NCBI GenBank assembly: GCA_004028795.1
Contig: SAIW01000006.1
Location: forward strand, 613,541 to 677,540
Direction of reading: 5' to 3'
Source of the DNA: Chitinophagaceae bacterium
GTDB lineage: Bacteria > Bacteroidota > Bacteroidia > Chitinophagales > Chitinophagaceae
Length of the DNA stretch: 64,000 bases
Position 1 is the first letter of the stretch. Each line of letters opens with the position of its first letter. Positions 10,343 to 20,550 of this stretch are shown piece after piece. The translations under genes and the position numbers were made by a program. A model generated the notes under the pieces. It was given only the letters and a program-made list of their open reading frames with translations, searched no databases and was not told where the DNA came from.

Positions 10343-11775
10343 TATTGTAACTCCATCATTCTTTTTGAAAGAGAGAGCAAATTTAGTTCATTGAAGTGAG
10401 CGGTCATTACCTGCAACCCGAAAGGCATGCCATTGCTGTGTTTGAAGAGCGGGATTGATATTCCCGGAATACCGACAAGGTTGGCAAAAACAGTATAAAT
10501 ATCTGCCAGGAACATTTCAACAGGGTCGCTGCCTGCACTGCCAATCGGGAATGCTGTTGACGGAACTGTTGGAGCAATAACAGCATCGAAGTGTTTAAAA
10601 ACTTCATTTGTTTTATTGTACAAAATTTTTCTTACCTGTTGTGCTTTGGTGAAATAAGCATCGTAATAACCGGCACTTAAAACGAAGGTGCCGAGCATGA
10701 TTCTGCGTTGTACTTCTTTACCAAAACCTTTACTGCGTGTTTGCTTATATAAATCAGTTAAATCGTTAGTTGATGTTTCTGAACGATAACCGTATTTAAT
10801 ACCATCAAAGCGGGAAAGGTTGCTGCTTGCTTCTGCTGTAGTTAAAACATAATAAGCGGGAACAATATATTTCAACAAATCAAAATCTACTGCTTCTACT
10901 TCATGCCCGTCATTTTTTAATTGCTGAATATATAGTTGAATGGAGGTTTTTATTTCACTATCCAAAGCATCATGCTCTAACATTTCTTTAAAATAAGCAA
11001 GCTTATATTTTTTATTAGCTGATGAATGTAAGTTTGAATAGGCTTCAACAGGTAATGTAGAAACTGTACTGTCAAACTCATCTTTACCTGCAATAACTTC
11101 CAATACCAATGCAGCATCTTCTACATTATTTGCAAAAATGCCTATCTGATCAAACGATGAAGCATAGGCAATTAATCCATAACGTGAAATTCTTCCGTAA
11201 GTAGGTTTTAAGCCTACCACACCACAAAAATCTGCAGGCTGCCTAACACTTCCACCCGTATCACTTCCTAAACTAATCATACACAAACCGGCCTGCACAG
11301 CTACAGCACTACCGCCTGAAGAACCGCCGGGTACAAGGTTTTCATTCAATGCATTTTTTACAGCACCAAATGCAGAGTTTTCATTGCTGCTGCCCATTGC
11401 AAATTCATCGCAGTTATTTCTGCCAATGATAATGGCATCTTCCTGTAAGAACTTTTCAATGGCTGTAGCATTATATACAGCCGTATAATTTTTTAAAATC
11501 TTAGATGCTGCAGTAACCTTATGGCCTTTATAACACAACACATCTTTAATAGCCACTATTACACCATGCAGTTTACCCAATGGCTTTCCTTGTTTTCGTT
11601 TTTCATCTAATGCCAATGCTTGCTGCAAAGCATCTTCTTCAAACACTTCTAAATAAGCATTGAGGTGTTGATTCTGTTTAATGGCAGTTAAATACGCATT
11701 TACTGCAACAGTACATCCATCAGCATTGAATGCAAGAAATTGATGATAATCTTTTATAGAAGTGAATGAAAACAA
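10342..11775 (-). CDS. gatA: Glu-tRNA(Gln)/Asp-tRNA(Asn) amidotransferase subunit A
   Basis: Amidase signature GGSSGGSAVAVQAGLCMISLGSDTGGSVRQPA. Confidence 0.9.
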   Translation of the reverse strand: MFSFTSIKDYHQFLAFNADGCTVAVNAYLTAIKQNQHLNAYLEVFEEDALQQALALDEKRKQGKPLGKLHGVIVAIKDVLCYKGHKVTAASKILKNYTAVYNATAIEKFLQEDAIIIGRNNCDEFAMGSSNENSAFGAVKNALNENLVPGGSSGGSAVAVQAGLCMISLGSDTGGSVRQPADFCGVVGLKPTYGRISRYGLIAYASSFDQIGIFANNVEDAALVLEVIAGKDEFDSTVSTLPVEAYSNLHSSANKKYKLAYFKEMLEHDALDSEIKTSIQLYIQQLKNDGHEVEAVDFDLLKYIVPAYYVLTTAEASSNLSRFDGIKYGYRSETSTNDLTDLYKQTRSKGFGKEVQRRIMLGTFVLSAGYYDAYFTKAQQVRKILYNKTNEVFKHFDAVIAPTVPSTAFPIGSAGSDPVEMFLADIYTVFANLVGIPGISIPLFKHSNGMPFGLQVMTAHFNELNLLSLSKRMMELQ

Positions 11776-11806
11776 TGCGATGAATTGTATTTAAAATGAT
11801 ATGATT

Positions 11807-12655
11807 TTATTCCCATTCCTGCACCACTTTCAGGTTCTTTTTCTTTTCAACCCTTTTACAGAGAAAAATACTTATTTCGTAAAGAAACACTAAAGGAATA
11901 CTGCATATAATAGTGCTTAACATATCAGGTGGTGTAATAATAGAAACTGCAATTACAATAACAACAATGGAATGTTTGCGGTATTTTTTTAGGAATGCAG
12001 ATGATACTACATCAATCTTTGCTAAAAAATATAAAACCAACGGAAGCTGAAAAGCTAAGCCTGAGCCAAGTATCAGCGGAACCATAGTATTGAAATAGCT
12101 GGCAATCGTCCATATATTTTCAATATTATCATCCAAAGAAAAATTAGCAAAAAAGTTAATGGTATAAGGTGCTATAATAAAATAGCCAAACAAAACGCCG
12201 ATAAAAAAAAGTAATGATACCCAGAATATAACGCCTCTCGTTCCTTTTAACTCATTTCTTTTTAAAGCAGGTTTTACAAACTTCCAGAACTGCCAGAATA
12301 CGTAAGGAAAGGCAATAATAAAACCACCGATTAGGATAATATTTAAATACACGCTAAACTGTCCTGCAACTGCATTGCTTTGCATTTTTACGTTAATCTT
12401 ATTTAAGCAAAGCTTATTGCCCAAGCCTAAAGCATTACCAAGTTTGCACAGGTATGTATAAGTAACAAAATCACCATGTGTTGGCCCCATTAAAATCCGC
12501 TTCACAATAAAATTATTGTATACTGCCATTACTATGGCACCAACAACAACCGCAATAGCACCGCGAAATAAATGCTTACGCAGTTCATCAATATGCTCTA
12601 TAAAAGACATTTCCGCTTTTGTATCGGAACTTGAATTTTTTTTGAATAAAGCCAT
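11807..12655 (-). CDS. tatC: Twin-arginine translocase subunit TatC
   Basis: N-terminal MSFIEHIDELRKHL and six TM helices. Confidence 0.9.
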   Translation of the reverse strand: MALFKKNSSSDTKAEMSFIEHIDELRKHLFRGAIAVVVGAIVMAVYNNFIVKRILMGPTHGDFVTYTYLCKLGNALGLGNKLCLNKINVKMQSNAVAGQFSVYLNIILIGGFIIAFPYVFWQFWKFVKPALKRNELKGTRGVIFWVSLLFFIGVLFGYFIIAPYTINFFANFSLDDNIENIWTIASYFNTMVPLILGSGLAFQLPLVLYFLAKIDVVSSAFLKKYRKHSIVVIVIAVSIITPPDMLSTIICSIPLVFLYEISIFLCKRVEKKKNLKVVQEWE

Positions 12656-12681
12656 TAACAGTGAGTGAGCTATAATGTAAA

Positions 12682-12710
12682 TAAAAAATGCCTGCCTTAA
12701 AGAGCAGGCA
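12682..12710 (-). terminator. Rho-independent terminator after tatA
   Basis: On the minus strand, stem TGCCTGC/GCAGGCA followed by a T run. Confidence 0.55.
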
Positions 12711-12727
12711 ATTAATAAAAATAAATC

Positions 12728-12937
12728 CTAAGAATTTTTTTGTGAAGTAGTATTTGAAGAAGAATCATCATTAATATGGCCTTCAATCTCTCTTTTTACA
12801 TTGTCTTTGGCATCTTTAAATTCTCTGATGCCTTTTCCTAATCCACGCATTAATTCAGGTATTTTTTTACCCCCGAAGAAAATTAAAACAATCAACAAAA
12901 TCAATATCAAGTGTTGAGGTGCAAATAAATCTCCCAT
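12728..12937 (-). CDS. tatA: Twin-arginine translocase subunit TatA/E
   Basis: TM helix then amphipathic helix; [23 protein letters not shown]. Confidence 0.9.
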   Translation of the reverse strand: MGDLFAPQHLILILLIVLIFFGGKKIPELMRGLGKGIREFKDAKDNVKREIEGHINDDSSSNTTSQKNS

Positions 12938-13051
12938 AATAAATAATTTAGAACCTGCAAGGTAATTGAAAAATTACGATTTACCGCTTAATTCAAATAA
13001 AAAAGCGACAGTTTAACAACTATCGCTTTCTTGATTATTTCAGCAAAAAAA

Positions 13052-13402
13052 TTAGAATCTTTTTTCTTTAATTCTTGCACTTTTACCGCTTCTTTCACGT
13101 AAGTAAAACAATTTAGCACGGCGTACTTTACCGGATTTGTTTAATACAATTGAATCAATATTTGGTGAAAAGAAAGGAAATAAACGTTCAACACCAACCC
13201 CATCAGAAATTTTACGAACTGTAAAGCTGGCTGTAGCACCGTTTCCCTGTAATTTAAGCACATCTCCGCGGAAACTTTGAATACGCTCTTTACCACCTTC
13301 TACAATTTTATAATTGACAGTGATATTGTCACCGCTTTTAAACTTCGGGAATTCTTTTTTTGCAGTCAATTGCTCGTGTACAAATTTTACGGCTGCGTTC
13401 AT
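13052..13402 (-). CDS. rplS: 50S ribosomal protein L19
   Basis: Full-length L19 (FKSGDNITVNYKIVEGGKERIQSFRG...). Confidence 0.95.
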   Translation of the reverse strand: MNAAVKFVHEQLTAKKEFPKFKSGDNITVNYKIVEGGKERIQSFRGDVLKLQGNGATASFTVRKISDGVGVERLFPFFSPNIDSIVLNKSGKVRRAKLFYLRERSGKSARIKEKRF

Positions 13403-13573
13403 AACTTACATTTTTTAGGACGGCAAAAGTAGGGGAAAGTTTTTAGTTATTCAGCAATAACAGCATTTTTTTTAGAAATTTATAATTCCTGTGCTTTAAT
13501 TAACCTGATATCGCTCAAACATAAAAACTCAATTGTATTAACTTTAGCCCACACTAATTAAATTAAATGCTCT

Positions 13574-14116
13574 ATGTATGGAATTGTAAATAAAGCTATT
13601 GAAGATTTGGTAATTGAAAATTTTGGAGCGGAAAAATGGGATGCAGTAAAGCTAAGAAGTGGTGTAGATATAGACTTTTTTATTAGTAATGAACCCTATG
13701 ACGACGATGTAACATTTAAACTTGCTTCAGCTGTTTCTGAGGAATTGAATATTACTTTAAGTGAAGTTTTAATTGCTTTTGGCGAATATTGGGTACTGAA
13801 AACAGGCAAAGAAAAATATGGAAGTTTGATGGAAGCAGGCGGCAGCAACCTGAAAGAGTTTCTTGTTAATCTACCCAATTTTCACAACAGAATTATGTTA
13901 ATGTTTCCCAAGCTTACACCCCCTGAATTTAAAGTTAGTAATTTGGAGGAAAGAAGTATTCATGTGCATTATATTTCTAAAAGAGAAGGTTTACAGGATT
14001 TTACAAAAGGCTTACTGCAAGGTTTAGGCAAATTATATAACACTGCTGTTACAATAGAATTGCTTGAGGACAGAGCTTCCGGCAGCCATCATGAAATATT
14101 TAAAGTTTCCTGGTAA
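13574..14116 (+). CDS. H-NOX (haem nitric oxide/oxygen binding) sensor protein
   Basis: Starts MYGIVNKAIEDLV; proximal His104 in NFHNR; Pro112; Y133-x-S135-x-R137 haem-propionate motif; 180 aa stand-alone. Confidence 0.85.
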   Translation: MYGIVNKAIEDLVIENFGAEKWDAVKLRSGVDIDFFISNEPYDDDVTFKLASAVSEELNITLSEVLIAFGEYWVLKTGKEKYGSLMEAGGSNLKEFLVNLPNFHNRIMLMFPKLTPPEFKVSNLEERSIHVHYISKREGLQDFTKGLLQGLGKLYNTAVTIELLEDRASGSHHEIFKVSW

Positions 14117-14117
14117 A

Positions 14118-17100
14118 ATGGAAATGCTTCAATTTAATAGCGAACAATTTAACAGCCTTTTTCCTTTTTATTTTTTGTTGAATAATAAAATGCAAATAAT
14201 AAAAACTGGAAACTCTTTGGCTAAACTGATTGTTATCAACAGAAACGAACCTTTTTCTGAAGTCTTTGCTATCCAAAGACCGGTTTTAGAAACAGTTGCA
14301 GATTTTAAGAGCTCAGTTAACCTGTGTAATCAGCTTATTTCCATCAAATGTTTAAAAAAAGAAAATATCTCGTTAAGAGGTCAGTTCCAATACTTACAAC
14401 AGGCCGATAAGATTCTTTTCATTGGCTCTCCCTGGTTCTCCAGTGTTGAAGAAATTAAAGAAAATAATTTAAAGCTAAACGATTTTGCCGTACACGACCC
14501 GGTGATAGATTTATTGCATTTACTTAAAACACAGGAAATTGTTACGGATGAAGTAAAGGTTTTATTAAATACCATCAACAAGCAGAAATCAGATTTAAAA
14601 AGACTATCACTCTTAGCACAGGAAACAGTTAACGGCGTTGTTATAACTGATGCTTCAGGAAAGATTGAATGGATTAACAAAGGCTTTGAAAAAATAACAG
14701 GCTATTCTTTAGAAGAAATAAAAAATAAAACTCCGGGTAGCATATTGCAAGGCAAAGATTCATCAGCAGAAACAATTAATTATTTAAAACAACAAATTTT
14801 AAATAAACAACCTTTTGTTTGCGAGATTATCAATTATAAAAAGAACGGTCAGCAATATTGGGTTAGAATAAATGGCCAGCCTTTATTTGATAATAAGAAT
14901 ATGCTTACCGGCTTTTTTGCCATTGAAGAAGATATAACACAGGAAAAAGAAAACGAATTAAATCTTCAGCATTATGAAGAGAGATTCAGAATTGCTTTAG
15001 AAAAAATTGGTGATAATGTTTGGATACATGATTTTGAAAGCAATACCACAGAATTCTCAAAAAATGATACAGACTTTTTAGGCTTTGATTTATCTAAAAC
15101 TAAAATTAATCCGCAGCTATGGTGGAACTGTGTACACCCTGATGATAAATGGATGTTAAATAAAAATAATGCAGCTTATCTGGCAGGAGAAATAGACCAT
15201 CATAATTTAGAATACAGAATTATTCATAAGACCGGACAAGTAAAATGGGTACTCGACAGAGGTATTGTGTTCGAGAAAAAAAATAACCTCCCTCTCAGAA
15301 TTATAGGTACACATACAGATATTACCAAGCTGAAAGAAGCAGAAGCCACTATCAATACTCAAAAACAGTTTTACGAAACCATTTTAAATAATATCCCTTC
15401 AGATATTGCAGTTTTTGATAATACACACAAATATCTTTTTGTAAACCCAAAAGGTATTAAAGATGAAAATATAAGAAAATGGATTATAGGAAAAAGGGAT
15501 GAGGATTATATTAAATTCAGAAACAAACCATCCTATATATTAGAAGGAAGAAGAAAGCTTTTTAATGAAGTTTTAAAATCAAAAAAAATTAAAAGCTGGG
15601 AAGAAGAAGTAATTAAGCCGGATGGAAGCCGTGAATACATTATCAGAAATATGTATCCATACGTAAATGAAAAAGGTATAGTTGAATTGATTATTGGCTA
15701 CGGAGTTGATATTACCGAAAGAATAAAAATAGAGCAGCAGCTTAAAATAGCCCAACAGGAAACACAGGAAGCTGCACTTGCTAAAGAACGTTTTTTAGCT
15801 AATATGAGCCATGAAATTAGAACGCCGATGAATGGCATCTTAGGCATAACAGGCTTTTTAGAGAAAACACATTTACTTCCTAAGCAAAAAGAATATGTTC
15901 ATTTAATTAAAGAATCAACAAGTAATTTATTGGTAATTCTTAATGATGTTTTGGATCTCGAAAAAATTATTGCAGGCAAATTAGAATTAGAGAAAACACC
16001 CTTCAATGTTTCACAAAAAATAAAAGCCGCTGCAGAATCTTTCAGGCACAAAGCAGAAGAAAAGTATTTAACCATTAAATACAAAAACAATTTGCCTGAA
16101 AATTTATTTGTTGAAGGAGACCCCTACAGGCTTAGCCAGGTATTACTTAACTTAATAAGCAATGCCATAAAATTTACTGAGAAAGGTACCATAACAATTG
16201 GTGCAGATATTAAACAACAAAGCAAGAATACCATTGAAATTTCTTTTTTTATAGCAGATACCGGTGTTGGTATTGCCAAAAATAAATTAACACAAATCTT
16301 TGATCCTTACGTTCAGGCAAAGGCGGATATTTCGAGAAAATATGGTGGTACTGGTTTAGGGCTTTCTATATGTAAAAACCTTGTTGAAATACAAAACGGA
16401 AATATTACAGTAGAAAGTAAAGAAGGTAAAGGTTCTACTTTCAACTTTACTATTACTTATAAAAAAGCTAAACAAACAACCGAACCAAAACCTATTGTAT
16501 TAAACTTTAAAGGATTAAAAAATAAAAACATACTTGTTGCAGAAGACGTAGAAGTAAATCAATACGTTATAGAAAATATGCTTAAAAACTGGGGCTGTAA
16601 AACTACCATTGTAGATACCGGTAAGAAAGCAGTACAGGCAGTTAAAAGCAAAAGCTTCGATTTAATATTAATGGATGTACAAATGCCTGAAATGAATGGC
16701 TTTGAAGCAACAGAAGCCATAAGAAAATTAAGCAATAAACAAAAAGCAAATTTGCCTGTAATAGCTGTAACTGCTAACTCTATGAAGGGTATAAGCAGCA
16801 GATATAAAAGTTCGGGCATGAATGATTATATCTTAAAGCCTTTTGATGAAGCGAGTTTATTTGCAGTAATGGAAAAGTTTCTATTAAGTAAGTACCCTTC
16901 AAAAAAAATTGGTGTGAAAAAAGCTATGGTTTACGACGCAGCTAAAATAAAAGCATTGGCAAAAGGAGATGATGCTTTCATAAAAAAACTTAGTGAAATT
17001 TTTACCAGAACTTCACCTCAAATATTTAAAGCATTGCAGGAAGCCATTGCAGAAAAAAACTGGCAGCAGGCAGGCAAAGAAGCCCATAAACTAAAGTCTT

Positions 17101-17264
17101 CTATAAACTCACTCGGAATTAGCGATGGTAAAAAGTTAATTGAAGATATTGAGCAACGATGCAAAACAAAAAAACAGTTAAGCACCGTTGCATTATTATG
17201 CAATAAGTTCAAAATAGTTTTGGATAAAAGCATTGAACAATTAACGAATAATTTTTTAAACTAA
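14118..17264 (+). CDS. Hybrid sensor histidine kinase: HNOBA-like domain, PAS repeats, HisKA, HATPase_c, receiver, HPt
   Basis: ATG sits 2 nt after the H-NOX stop. LFPFYFLLNNKMQIIKTGNS resembles the sGC-type HNOBA domain. H-box MSHEIRTPMNGILG, G2-box GGTGLGLSI, receiver with DVQMPEMNG, C-terminal HPt-like helix bundle (AHKLKSSINSLG). Confidence 0.85.
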   Translation: MEMLQFNSEQFNSLFPFYFLLNNKMQIIKTGNSLAKLIVINRNEPFSEVFAIQRPVLETVADFKSSVNLCNQLISIKCLKKENISLRGQFQYLQQADKILFIGSPWFSSVEEIKENNLKLNDFAVHDPVIDLLHLLKTQEIVTDEVKVLLNTINKQKSDLKRLSLLAQETVNGVVITDASGKIEWINKGFEKITGYSLEEIKNKTPGSILQGKDSSAETINYLKQQILNKQPFVCEIINYKKNGQQYWVRINGQPLFDNKNMLTGFFAIEEDITQEKENELNLQHYEERFRIALEKIGDNVWIHDFESNTTEFSKNDTDFLGFDLSKTKINPQLWWNCVHPDDKWMLNKNNAAYLAGEIDHHNLEYRIIHKTGQVKWVLDRGIVFEKKNNLPLRIIGTHTDITKLKEAEATINTQKQFYETILNNIPSDIAVFDNTHKYLFVNPKGIKDENIRKWIIGKRDEDYIKFRNKPSYILEGRRKLFNEVLKSKKIKSWEEEVIKPDGSREYIIRNMYPYVNEKGIVELIIGYGVDITERIKIEQQLKIAQQETQEAALAKERFLANMSHEIRTPMNGILGITGFLEKTHLLPKQKEYVHLIKESTSNLLVILNDVLDLEKIIAGKLELEKTPFNVSQKIKAAAESFRHKAEEKYLTIKYKNNLPENLFVEGDPYRLSQVLLNLISNAIKFTEKGTITIGADIKQQSKNTIEISFFIADTGVGIAKNKLTQIFDPYVQAKADISRKYGGTGLGLSICKNLVEIQNGNITVESKEGKGSTFNFTITYKKAKQTTEPKPIVLNFKGLKNKNILVAEDVEVNQYVIENMLKNWGCKTTIVDTGKKAVQAVKSKSFDLILMDVQMPEMNGFEATEAIRKLSNKQKANLPVIAVTANSMKGISSRYKSSGMNDYILKPFDEASLFAVMEKFLLSKYPSKKIGVKKAMVYDAAKIKALAKGDDAFIKKLSEIFTRTSPQIFKALQEAIAEKNWQQAGKEAHKLKSSINSLGISDGKKLIEDIEQRCKTKKQLSTVALLCNKFKIVLDKSIEQLTNNFLN

Positions 17265-17266
17265 TT

Positions 17267-17983
17267 TTGTTGTTAATGATTGATGGTGCAAAATATAATG
17301 CATTGATTGTTGAAGATGATGAGCTATCTGTTGCTTTGGTTGAAAGAAATTTTTCTTTTTTTCCTGATTATACAATCAGCCATATTGCTGCTACAATAAA
17401 AGATGCAGTTAAGTATCTTTCTGTTAATCATGTTGATGTAATTTTCTTAGATATAGATTTACCCGACGGTGAGGGTTTTAGTGTTATTCCTTATTTAACA
17501 GGTAATCCCGCGGTTGTGGTACTAACAGCAAATGAGCAATATGCATTTACTGCATTTGAAAACGGTGTTCTCGACTTTTTAAAAAAGCCTGTTACACCCG
17601 CACGTTTTAAAAAAAGTATTGAGAAAATAAACAATCATTTAAACCCGGCTTCTAAAACTTTAAATGAAACTGAAAAGCCCTTCTTATTTGTAAAAGCTGG
17701 TAATAAACATGTTAAAGTAAACATTCACGAATTAATGTATGTTGAAGCAGTAAATGATTATGCCAAGCTACACCTTACAACAGGTAAAACAGTATTGATA
17801 AATATTTCTTTGAAGGAAGTTTTACAACGCTTATTAAAATACCAGTTTACACAGGTTCACCGTTCTTATGCTATTAACATGCAACACATAGAATTAATTG
17901 ATGATAATACAATTTTTATTAAAGAACATCAGATTCCCATAGGCAAAACTTACAAATCAACTGTTTCTAAACTACTCAAATAG
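17267..17983 (+). CDS. LytTR-family response regulator (REC + LytTR DNA-binding domain)
   Basis: Receiver domain (IFLDIDLPDGEG) plus LytTR domain (HELMYVEAVNDYAKLHLTTGKTVLINISLKEV...VHRSYAIN). The ORF tool starts at TTG 17267; the ATG at 17276 is more likely. Confidence 0.85.
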   Translation: MLLMIDGAKYNALIVEDDELSVALVERNFSFFPDYTISHIAATIKDAVKYLSVNHVDVIFLDIDLPDGEGFSVIPYLTGNPAVVVLTANEQYAFTAFENGVLDFLKKPVTPARFKKSIEKINNHLNPASKTLNETEKPFLFVKAGNKHVKVNIHELMYVEAVNDYAKLHLTTGKTVLINISLKEVLQRLLKYQFTQVHRSYAINMQHIELIDDNTIFIKEHQIPIGKTYKSTVSKLLK

Positions 17984-18215
17984 GTTTTTAACAACCATTT
18001 CCCCTCTACGTATTCCATTCACAGGAAAAAACACTCCTTTCACAGGCTAAGCATTTGCAGGCTTCTGTAATCATTTCATATTTGCACTCGCAAAATAAAA
18101 ATTGCTGAATCCAATAATCCTTCCAATAATCCTAAAGACCCGGTTTGCTAACCAAAAAACATTTTTGTTAATGCGAAACCCTTTATAAGTGTAAACCGAA
18201 AATCCTTATCCTAAA

Positions 18216-18250
18216 ACCAAAAAGCCCCGTAATCTTACAGGGCTTTTTTA
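18216..18250. terminator. Bidirectional terminator between convergent genes
   Basis: AAAAAGCCCCG...CAGGGCTTTTTT hairpin with an A-tract on one side and a T-tract on the other. Confidence 0.6.
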
Positions 18251-18273
18251 ATTTTATAATTGCCGTAAAGTTA

Positions 18274-19839
18274 TTATCTCGCTACATTAACTGCTCTCTT
18301 TTCTCTGATAACAGTTACTTTAATCTGGCCGGGATAAGTCATTTCAGTTTGAATTTTCTGAGCAATTTCAAAACTTAGCTTATCGCTTTCATTATCTGTT
18401 ACTTTATCGGCTTCTACAATCACACGCAACTCACGACCCGCCTGAATTGCATAGGCTTTTTCAACACCTTGATATGCCTGAGCCAGATTTTCTAAATCTT
18501 TAATACGCTGCAAATATTGTTGCATAATTTCTCTTCTTGCTCCCGGTCTTGCACCACTGATGGCATCGCAAGCCTGAATAATCGGAGAAATTACATATTG
18601 CATTTCCATTTCATCGTGGTGAGCACCAATGGCATTTACTACGGCAGGATTCTCACCATATTTTTCAGCCAATTTCGCACCTAATAAAGCATGGCTTAAT
18701 TCTGTTTCTTCATCTGGTACTTTACCAATATCATGCAATAAACCGGCACGTTTAGCCAACTTTACATTCAAACCTAACTCGGCAGCCATTACCGCACAAA
18801 GATTGGCAGTTTCACGGCTGTGCATTAATAAATTCTGACCATAAGAAGAACGGAAACGCATTCTTCCCACCATTCTTACCAATTCTTTATGTAAACCGTG
18901 AATACCTAATTCAATTACTGTTCTTTCACCGATTTCCATTACCTGTTCTTCTAACTGGCGACGGGTTTTATCAACCACTTCTTCAATTCTAGCAGGGTGA
19001 ATTCTTCCATCTGCAACTAAGCGTTGTAAACTTAAACGGGCTATTTCTCTTCTCAAAGGGTCGAATGAAGAAAGTAAGATAGCTTCCGGTGTGTCATCAA
19101 CAATCAAATCCACCCCTGTGGCAGCTTCTATGGCACGGATATTTCTTCCTTCCCTACCGATAATCTGTCCTTTAATTTCATCACTTTCCAGATTAAAAAC
19201 TGTCACTGTGTTTTCAATAGTTTGCTCTGCAGCCGTACGTTGTATGGTTTGAATTACAATTTTACGAGCTTCTTTATTAGCCTTTTGTTTAGCATCTTCA
19301 ATAATTTCCTGTTGAAGACTTAATGCCTGCGTTTGAGCTTCATGTTTTAAACTTTCAATTAACTGAGCCTTAGCTTCATCGGCAGTTAAATTGGAAATTT
19401 TTTCAAGCCTGCGGATATGCTCTTCCTGATGCTTTTCAAGCTCAGTACGTTTTTGATTTACTACTTCAATCTGGCGATTGAGATTTTCTTTAATGGCTTC
19501 ATTTTCTTTAATCTGCTTATCTAAAGCAGCTTCTTTCTGGTTGGCAGAAACTTCTTTTTGTTTAATGCGGTTTTCGGCTTCGTTAATTTTACGATTACGC
19601 TCTAAAACCTCTTTATCATGGTCTGCTTTTAACTGTACAAACTTTTCTTTGGCTTCAAGCAGCTTTTCTTTTTTAATGGTTTCAGCTCTTAATTCTGCCT
19701 CTTTTAAAATAGTTTGCGACTGTAATTCTGCTTCTTCAACTTGTTTTTTTGTGTTTTTAGCAAAGATTAATTTACCCGCTATAACACCCGCAATTAGTGA
19801 TACTGCACCAATTATAATTGATAGGACTGTCGGCTCCAT
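18274..19839 (-). CDS. rny: Ribonuclease Y
   Basis: N-terminal TM helix, long coiled coil, KH domain ([22 protein letters not shown]), HD domain (LLHDIGK). Confidence 0.9.
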   Translation of the reverse strand: MEPTVLSIIIGAVSLIAGVIAGKLIFAKNTKKQVEEAELQSQTILKEAELRAETIKKEKLLEAKEKFVQLKADHDKEVLERNRKINEAENRIKQKEVSANQKEAALDKQIKENEAIKENLNRQIEVVNQKRTELEKHQEEHIRRLEKISNLTADEAKAQLIESLKHEAQTQALSLQQEIIEDAKQKANKEARKIVIQTIQRTAAEQTIENTVTVFNLESDEIKGQIIGREGRNIRAIEAATGVDLIVDDTPEAILLSSFDPLRREIARLSLQRLVADGRIHPARIEEVVDKTRRQLEEQVMEIGERTVIELGIHGLHKELVRMVGRMRFRSSYGQNLLMHSRETANLCAVMAAELGLNVKLAKRAGLLHDIGKVPDEETELSHALLGAKLAEKYGENPAVVNAIGAHHDEMEMQYVISPIIQACDAISGARPGARREIMQQYLQRIKDLENLAQAYQGVEKAYAIQAGRELRVIVEADKVTDNESDKLSFEIAQKIQTEMTYPGQIKVTVIREKRAVNVAR

Positions 19840-19957
19840 GGTTTGTCTTATGTTTTAAATAATTCAAAATCAGCTTATTTGGCTCACGCATAATCGTTAT
19901 GAATAGGTGAGAAAGTGGACGAAGATAACTAAAATATAATGTGCAGGAAATTGAAAA

Positions 19958-20257
19958 TTAAGGCGTTATTAATAAAGCCTTATCAATTTGATTTTCCATA
20001 GTTTTTAAAGCCTCTTCTGCCTGCTGTTGTTGCACTAAATAGGCTCCTCCCGTTTTGTTTTGTTCGGTGGCAAACCATAATAAAACCATTGAAACATAAT
20101 CCTGCATATCCTTTCCGGCAAAATTGGTTTTAAACTCCACAATTTTATCATTAATGATTTTAGTGGTTTTACGCACTAATTCTTCATCTTCCGAAGCCAG
20201 CTTTAAACGGTAAGTTCTGTCGGCAATAACAATATTTACAGGTATCAAATCAGCCAT
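19958..20257 (-). CDS. zapA: Cell division protein ZapA-like
   Basis: 99 aa, LIPVNIVIADRTYRLKL...; sits downstream of a small coiled-coil gene with an 8-nt overlap. Confidence 0.7.
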   Translation of the reverse strand: MADLIPVNIVIADRTYRLKLASEDEELVRKTTKIINDKIVEFKTNFAGKDMQDYVSMVLLWFATEQNKTGGAYLVQQQQAEEALKTMENQIDKALLITP

Positions 20258-20549
20258 TTTGTTCGGTATGTAAAAGAGATAAACATTTGTCTATTTCTTT
20301 AAGGTAACTGTTTATTTTTTGGTTGAGTTCTTTTTTATCTGCCTCACTTAAACTTTGATTGCTCAATTGAGCAGCCTGCAACTTTTGTTGTAAAGCATTT
20401 ATTTTTTCTTGCTGCGATTGGTTGTTTTTTGAATGAACGGCAATATCTTTTTTTAAAGATTCATTCTCTTTCTGCAATTGTTTATACTGCTGCAACAGCT
20501 GCTGCAATTTGCTTTGAAGCGATTGTATTTGATGATTGATGTTTGCCAA
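20250..20549 (-). CDS. Small coiled-coil protein (ZapB-like partner)
   Basis: Q/L/K-rich heptad repeats over the whole length. Confidence 0.6.
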   Translation of the reverse strand: MANINHQIQSLQSKLQQLLQQYKQLQKENESLKKDIAVHSKNNQSQQEKINALQQKLQAAQLSNQSLSEADKKELNQKINSYLKEIDKCLSLLHTEQNG

Positions 20550-20550
20550 T

